A stretch of DNA of 64,000 nt from positions 19,415 to 83,414 of the IMG/VR virus record IMGVR_UViG_2913177423_000001. One strand, 5' to 3'. Each line of letters starts with the position of its first letter. The first letter of the stretch is position 1. Shown in pieces: positions 59,942 to 64,000 of this stretch. Below the pieces are notes generated by a model. The model was given only the letters and a program-made list of their open reading frames with translations, did not search any database and had not been told where the DNA came from. The DNA comes from a virus (Duplodnaviria; Heunggongvirae; Uroviricota; Caudoviricetes). The position numbers and the translations under genes are program-made.

Positions 59942-61368
59942 CGATTACCGAATTACTCGACAAATTTAATACCAAGCTGAATGAAAACCCCTGGTGGTCA
60001 CGTTTTGTAAACAGTCAGTTTGTACAGATGCAGGCGGTGTTCGGTGCGCAGGTGATTTATATTGCGCGCACATTTGCAAGTCGCGCTCTGACCGAGGGAT
60101 TTATTTCAACGGCCACACGGAGAGCAAGCATTTTAGCGGGAGCTGAAGACCGCAGTTACGTCGGGCGATTTGTGAGTGCTTCATACGGCACAATTTCGAT
60201 AACGAATAAAACAGATCGGGATATAACGTTGCCTGCGGGAGCAGAGTTGCTTGCCAGCGACCAAACGCCACTTGCAATTATTAACAGTGTTATTGTTCCT
60301 GCCGGGGGAGCTGTTCACGGTGTTGAAACCAAACAGCATGAAGCCGTGAGCGTGACATTTGATGTTGAAAAAGAAACCGCCTTTCTTACGCTGTTGCTTT
60401 CCAGGGAACTGACAAAAGAAGTGTCCAGCCTCGATGTTACTGTGATTATTAATGGTGCAGAAGAGAAATGGACCTACAACCCATTATTTCGAATGTCCAG
60501 AGACAAGAGCAAACACTATGTATTGGCATATAAGCCAACGGAACAACTTGGCGTCAAATTTGGTGATGGTTCTATGGGGATGATGCCGCCAGCTGGGTGC
60601 CAGGTGCGAATTGATGTAATGGCAAGTCTCGGTGACTACACTTTGGCTGAAGGACAAAAGTTAGAACCTGCTGGAAATATTGCTCAATATGTAGAGTCAC
60701 TGGAAATTAAAACCGATTCGATTATTACCGGAGGCGGTGGAATGGAAACCACAGAAGAAACCCGAAACCGTGCACAGTATTATGTTGCATACGATGAACA
60801 AGTCGTATGGGGAGGTGATTATCGTCAATTCATCCAGAACGTGGTACACGGCACGTCATGGCTTAACGTTTGGGGGGAAGCGTTACAAGAAAAAATAACC
60901 GGATTTGATGTGCGCAACATCAATAAGATTTTCTTTTGTGGGCATAAGCCGGGCGTAAGCCAGGAACAACTAAAGTCAGAAATACTTAAAGCCCTGGAGA
61001 ATGTGCCAAACGAATTGAACAAGCGGTTCGAATATGTGGACACAAATGAGCAGCCATTTACTATAACTTTCACAGGCATTGCACGTAAAAACGTTCTGAT
61101 AGATGACGCTAAAAACGCCATTAGAAAGGCGTTAGAGGATAATTTTGGTCGTGATTCGTCTTCATTTAGTTTGTTGTTACAGAGCGATGATGATTCCCAG
61201 CAATGCTATGCGCAGGTAAAAGTTAAAGACATTTGGCGCGTTATAGAATCACTGGATATGTTTCTCTCTTACGATATTACAACACAGAATATGAAGGATG
61301 CTGTTTACTTCAATGACTTTATATACCTTGACGTAAATTCATCTACCTTCAGTATTTCCTATCCGTAA
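59938..61368 (+). CDS. baseplate J-like protein
   Basis: 476 aa immediately after the gp25-like gene, the conserved myovirus order. Confidence 0.55.
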   Translation: MTITELLDKFNTKLNENPWWSRFVNSQFVQMQAVFGAQVIYIARTFASRALTEGFISTATRRASILAGAEDRSYVGRFVSASYGTISITNKTDRDITLPAGAELLASDQTPLAIINSVIVPAGGAVHGVETKQHEAVSVTFDVEKETAFLTLLLSRELTKEVSSLDVTVIINGAEEKWTYNPLFRMSRDKSKHYVLAYKPTEQLGVKFGDGSMGMMPPAGCQVRIDVMASLGDYTLAEGQKLEPAGNIAQYVESLEIKTDSIITGGGGMETTEETRNRAQYYVAYDEQVVWGGDYRQFIQNVVHGTSWLNVWGEALQEKITGFDVRNINKIFFCGHKPGVSQEQLKSEILKALENVPNELNKRFEYVDTNEQPFTITFTGIARKNVLIDDAKNAIRKALEDNFGRDSSSFSLLLQSDDDSQQCYAQVKVKDIWRVIESLDMFLSYDITTQNMKDAVYFNDFIYLDVNSSTFSISYP

Positions 61369-61378
61369 TGAGGCTGAA

Positions 61379-62224
61379 ATGAAAGAGAATTGGTTTAAGG
61401 AGCGGTTAACTAAAGCAAAACAGGATTCTAAGCTCTGGAGCGCCTTCATAGGCGCTTTACAGGACGTCTGGGATGAAGCTGTAGAACCGATATTAACCAG
61501 AATAAGTAACAGAAAATCATTCTTCACGATGGCAAGTGAAGATATGGATACTCGTATCGCGGAATACGGGCGCTTTTTCGTTATTACCGAAAAAGATAAG
61601 ACCCGTAGACCAATGCTTCTGGCCCAACGTTTAGATGAAGTGCATTTTAAAGGAACTCTCCGCCCGATTGAGCAGACGTTCTGGCGTGAATTCGGCACAA
61701 TCCCTGTAACATGGGAGCCTCTTTACGCCCCCGTAGATTTAGAAAAGCATCCCTATGGTTCGTATTTTGCTACAGCAATTGAGATACCTACAGCGCAGGC
61801 CCAATTTGGAGAATTCTTTCTAACATCACGAGGGCTGGTTGTTGTTGATCAGAATAAGCTCTATCGCTCATATGGCGAGTATAATAAAGGTACGGCAGTA
61901 CAGAAATTATTAGCAGATTTTGAAACAGTAATCGCGCCTTTGTTACCGCTGCATATTGTTTTTGATGGAGTGTCCTTCCAGCTTAGTGCTGTATTCCCTG
62001 AAGTGGCAGAAATACTAAATTGCTTGTCTACGGACGTTTCGGTAATTGAAGGTGTTTATGTTACTGATAGTATGACTGATATGCTATCCCGTAGTGATAA
62101 CTCCTGCCAGGTAGACAATATTTCGCTTGATGCTATTCCGAACAGAACGGCAGAAAAGCAACTACATCTTGATATAATCCCACTAGATGCCTGGCCTTTA
62201 GATTACCACCTTCAGCCTGTTTGA
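61379..62224 (+). CDS. baseplate/tail protein (gpI-position)
   Basis: Position after the J-like gene and before the fibre genes. Confidence 0.5.
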   Translation: MKENWFKERLTKAKQDSKLWSAFIGALQDVWDEAVEPILTRISNRKSFFTMASEDMDTRIAEYGRFFVITEKDKTRRPMLLAQRLDEVHFKGTLRPIEQTFWREFGTIPVTWEPLYAPVDLEKHPYGSYFATAIEIPTAQAQFGEFFLTSRGLVVVDQNKLYRSYGEYNKGTAVQKLLADFETVIAPLLPLHIVFDGVSFQLSAVFPEVAEILNCLSTDVSVIEGVYVTDSMTDMLSRSDNSCQVDNISLDAIPNRTAEKQLHLDIIPLDAWPLDYHLQPV

Positions 62225-62259
62225 TAATTCTTCCCCCGGGCGTGCGGGGGAAGAACAAC

Positions 62260-62282
62260 GGAAATCACAAACTGAGCATACT
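62260..62282 (+). promoter_or_regulatory. late-promoter-like box GGAAATCACAAACTGAGCATACT
   Basis: Family member following the hairpin CTTCCCCC...GGGGGAAG (62230-62253); 39 nt upstream of the gene at 62321. Confidence 0.55.
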
Positions 62283-62320
62283 CTCCTTCGGTTCATTGCT
62301 TATGAAGGGGCTATGTTCGT

Positions 62321-62767
62321 ATGGCAGAAAATTTAAAGGCAAGAGATGGCAATAGCCTGTATAAGGCACAATTGCTTTCCTACTACTATTCACGCCGTGC
62401 CGAATCAGCGATCGGTAAAGGTGCGCGTTTCGTTATCTCTAAGGCGTATTGGTGCAAATCTGGACTGGTAACTGCAAATGGTGCTGGTGGCTGGAATATT
62501 GCTGACATTCCACTCGATTTTAAATTGAGTGACGCTCAACAGTTTGCTGCTTCCGATCTGATATTGTCCAGTGTGGATGGAATTATCACTATCAATGCTG
62601 CCTTCCCTCAAGAAAGAATGCCGGATAACACGCCCTATGACTTTAACACGCTTGTGCTTGTTGATGCTGAAGATCAGGCTTTTGGCGTGCTTTGTACCCA
62701 ACAGGATACTCTCTACAAAGGTAAGCGTTACAGCATTCTCATGACAATCGAGCAAGTTGAGGGATGA
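62321..62767 (+). CDS. tail-fibre-associated protein (P1 R-position)
   Basis: 148-aa gene directly upstream of, and coupled to, the tail fibre gene. Confidence 0.5.
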   Translation: MAENLKARDGNSLYKAQLLSYYYSRRAESAIGKGARFVISKAYWCKSGLVTANGAGGWNIADIPLDFKLSDAQQFAASDLILSSVDGIITINAAFPQERMPDNTPYDFNTLVLVDAEDQAFGVLCTQQDTLYKGKRYSILMTIEQVEG

Positions 62768-62769
62768 TT

Positions 62770-64000
62770 ATGGGAGCTGATAAAACGAAAAGCATAATGA
62801 CACTATCTTCACGTGTCACGCAGCCACTGCTTGCTGATGTTCAATATTTCGAACTGTATAGTAGTTCGGCTCTTAACAGGAAGTTAAAAAATATTGTTTT
62901 GCCAGGTTTTTACTGCGGATTTGAACCAGTTCCCGGCACAGGATTGAGTGTCCGTATTACTTCTGAAAATTCAGATGGTAAGGGTGCTGCTTCAGTAGAT
63001 GTAAATAATGTTCAGATATCCGTTCAACAAATAGAAGATGTGATTGTTCCGGTAAAGGCCGGGGCTACGAACATTATTGTGCTGGAAGCTAATTTTGAAC
63101 ATGGTGTAAAAACTACCCAGGTAGATATCACATCTTCTGTCAGTGCTGCCAGAATATACGCTCGCACGGACAACACTATCGGGCAGAATCAAATTGAATT
63201 ATGTCGAGTTGTCGTGCCTAGCGGTGCTACAGCCGTGACTAAAGAAATGATTGTGCTTAAATACCGCGTCAATCGTGCTGTTGGCGTTGAGTTCTCTAAT
63301 GAAATAAGCAGTACAGAAGAGAGAAAAGCGGCTACTCCCCTGGCTGTCAAAACCCTCCATGATTTGGTTGATACAAAAGCCCCGATCGACAGCCCGAATC
63401 TGACAGGGACGCCAACTTCGCCTACACCAGAACCTGGTACAAACAACACACAGATCGCAAATGCGGCCTTTGTCTATGCGGCTATAAATGCGCTGATCAA
63501 TGGCGCACCAGGGACTCTGGATACACTGAAAGAAATTGCGTCCGCCATCAACAACGATCCGAAGTTCAGTGAAACTATTAATAAAGCACTGGCTCTTAAA
63601 GCACCTTTGGCAAGTCCTGCATTAACGGGAATCCCTACTGCGCCTACCGCTGCACAGGGAACAAATAATACTCAGATCGCTACGACTGCTTACGTACGGG
63701 CTGCTATATCTGCATTGGTCGGCTCATCACCAGAAGCTCTTGATACCCTGAATGAGCTTGCAGCAGCACTTGGCAATGACCCGAACTTTGCGACAACAAT
63801 GACAAATGCGCTGGCAGGCAAACAGCCCCTTGACGCAACTTTAACCGCACTTGCGGGGCTTGCAACTGGCGCAAATAAATTGCCGTACTTTACAGGTAAA
63901 GATACTGTTGCCCAGACTGATTTAACTTCAGTCGGTCGCGATATCCTGGCTAAAACAAGTGTCCTTGCTGTTATCCAATACCTTGGTTTAAGAGAACTCG
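62770..64000 (+). CDS. tail fibre protein (P1 S / Mu S-like), 3' end outside window
   Basis: My own translation from the ATG at 62770 stays open to the window end. Contains SPNLTGTPTSPTPEPGTNNTQIANAAFV and SPALTGIPTAPTAAQGTNNTQIATTAYV repeats plus DTLNELAAALGNDPNFA, typical of these fibres. Confidence 0.8.
   Translation, partial: MGADKTKSIMTLSSRVTQPLLADVQYFELYSSSALNRKLKNIVLPGFYCGFEPVPGTGLSVRITSENSDGKGAASVDVNNVQISVQQIEDVIVPVKAGATNIIVLEANFEHGVKTTQVDITSSVSAARIYARTDNTIGQNQIELCRVVVPSGATAVTKEMIVLKYRVNRAVGVEFSNEISSTEERKAATPLAVKTLHDLVDTKAPIDSPNLTGTPTSPTPEPGTNNTQIANAAFVYAAINALINGAPGTLDTLKEIASAINNDPKFSETINKALALKAPLASPALTGIPTAPTAAQGTNNTQIATTAYVRAAISALVGSSPEALDTLNELAAALGNDPNFATTMTNALAGKQPLDATLTALAGLATGANKLPYFTGKDTVAQTDLTSVGRDILAKTSVLAVIQYLGLREL

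Noticed and set aside
1-64000. Insertion sequences, integrons, CRISPR-Cas and rRNA genes
   Set aside because: I saw no transposase-like ORF, no terminal inverted repeats bracketing a gene, no cas genes and no rRNA-like sequence. The only recombinase is the Cre/Dre-type enzyme with its own target site.

Overview
This 64-kb window looks like one contiguous piece of a P1-family plasmid-prophage (phage-plasmid). From memory it is closest to the D6 lineage.

Recognisable content:
- a Cre-type recombinase that I recognise as Dre-like, with a rox-like 14-4-14 site just upstream
- PacA/PacB-type terminase genes
- a divergent repressor-position gene (the c1 position in P1), Ref and HumD (UmuD')
- a P1-style iteron replicon (Rep_3 RepA flanked by 19-bp iterons, an AT-rich block and a DnaA box)
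- two adjacent partition loci (ParA plus a ribbon-helix-helix protein, and ParM/ParR)
- RdgC, a C5-methyltransferase-like gene and Dam, and HigBA
- myovirus virion genes: head-like protein, Ig-like protein, sheath, PAAR, spike, gp25-like, J-like, a Sit-like tape measure, tail fibre and spanins

Two recurrent regulatory words organise the window:
- A 17-mer, GTGTTAGAAAATTAATT, occurs about 16 times, often as inverted pairs in front of early or accessory operons. I read it as the operator of the immunity repressor.
- A box, GAAATCACAAA-N6-7-(-10), precedes six virion operons. I read it as the late promoter.

Most unusual items:
1. A 3.4-kb, almost non-coding, hairpin-dense RNA island at 3153-6558. 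It carries three tRNAs (Arg-UCU, Thr-UGU, Ile2-like CAU) and a repeated structured element with compensatory stem changes.
2. A second copy of the large-terminase ATPase domain whose Walker A and B motifs are degenerate and whose nuclease half is replaced.
3. Four DUF2829 (Tad2-like) modules, one of them fused to a Rha/antirepressor-like protein.
4. An immI-like module with a candidate tRNA-like antisense RNA.
5. A canonical A_AAA_AAG slippery site at the last codons of the head-like gene. It leads into the first strands of an Ig-like domain whose remainder lies in the next ORF.
6. A small protein carrying a near-copy of the ClpX zinc-binding domain.

All functional calls rest on motif recognition and synteny by eye. 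No database search was run.
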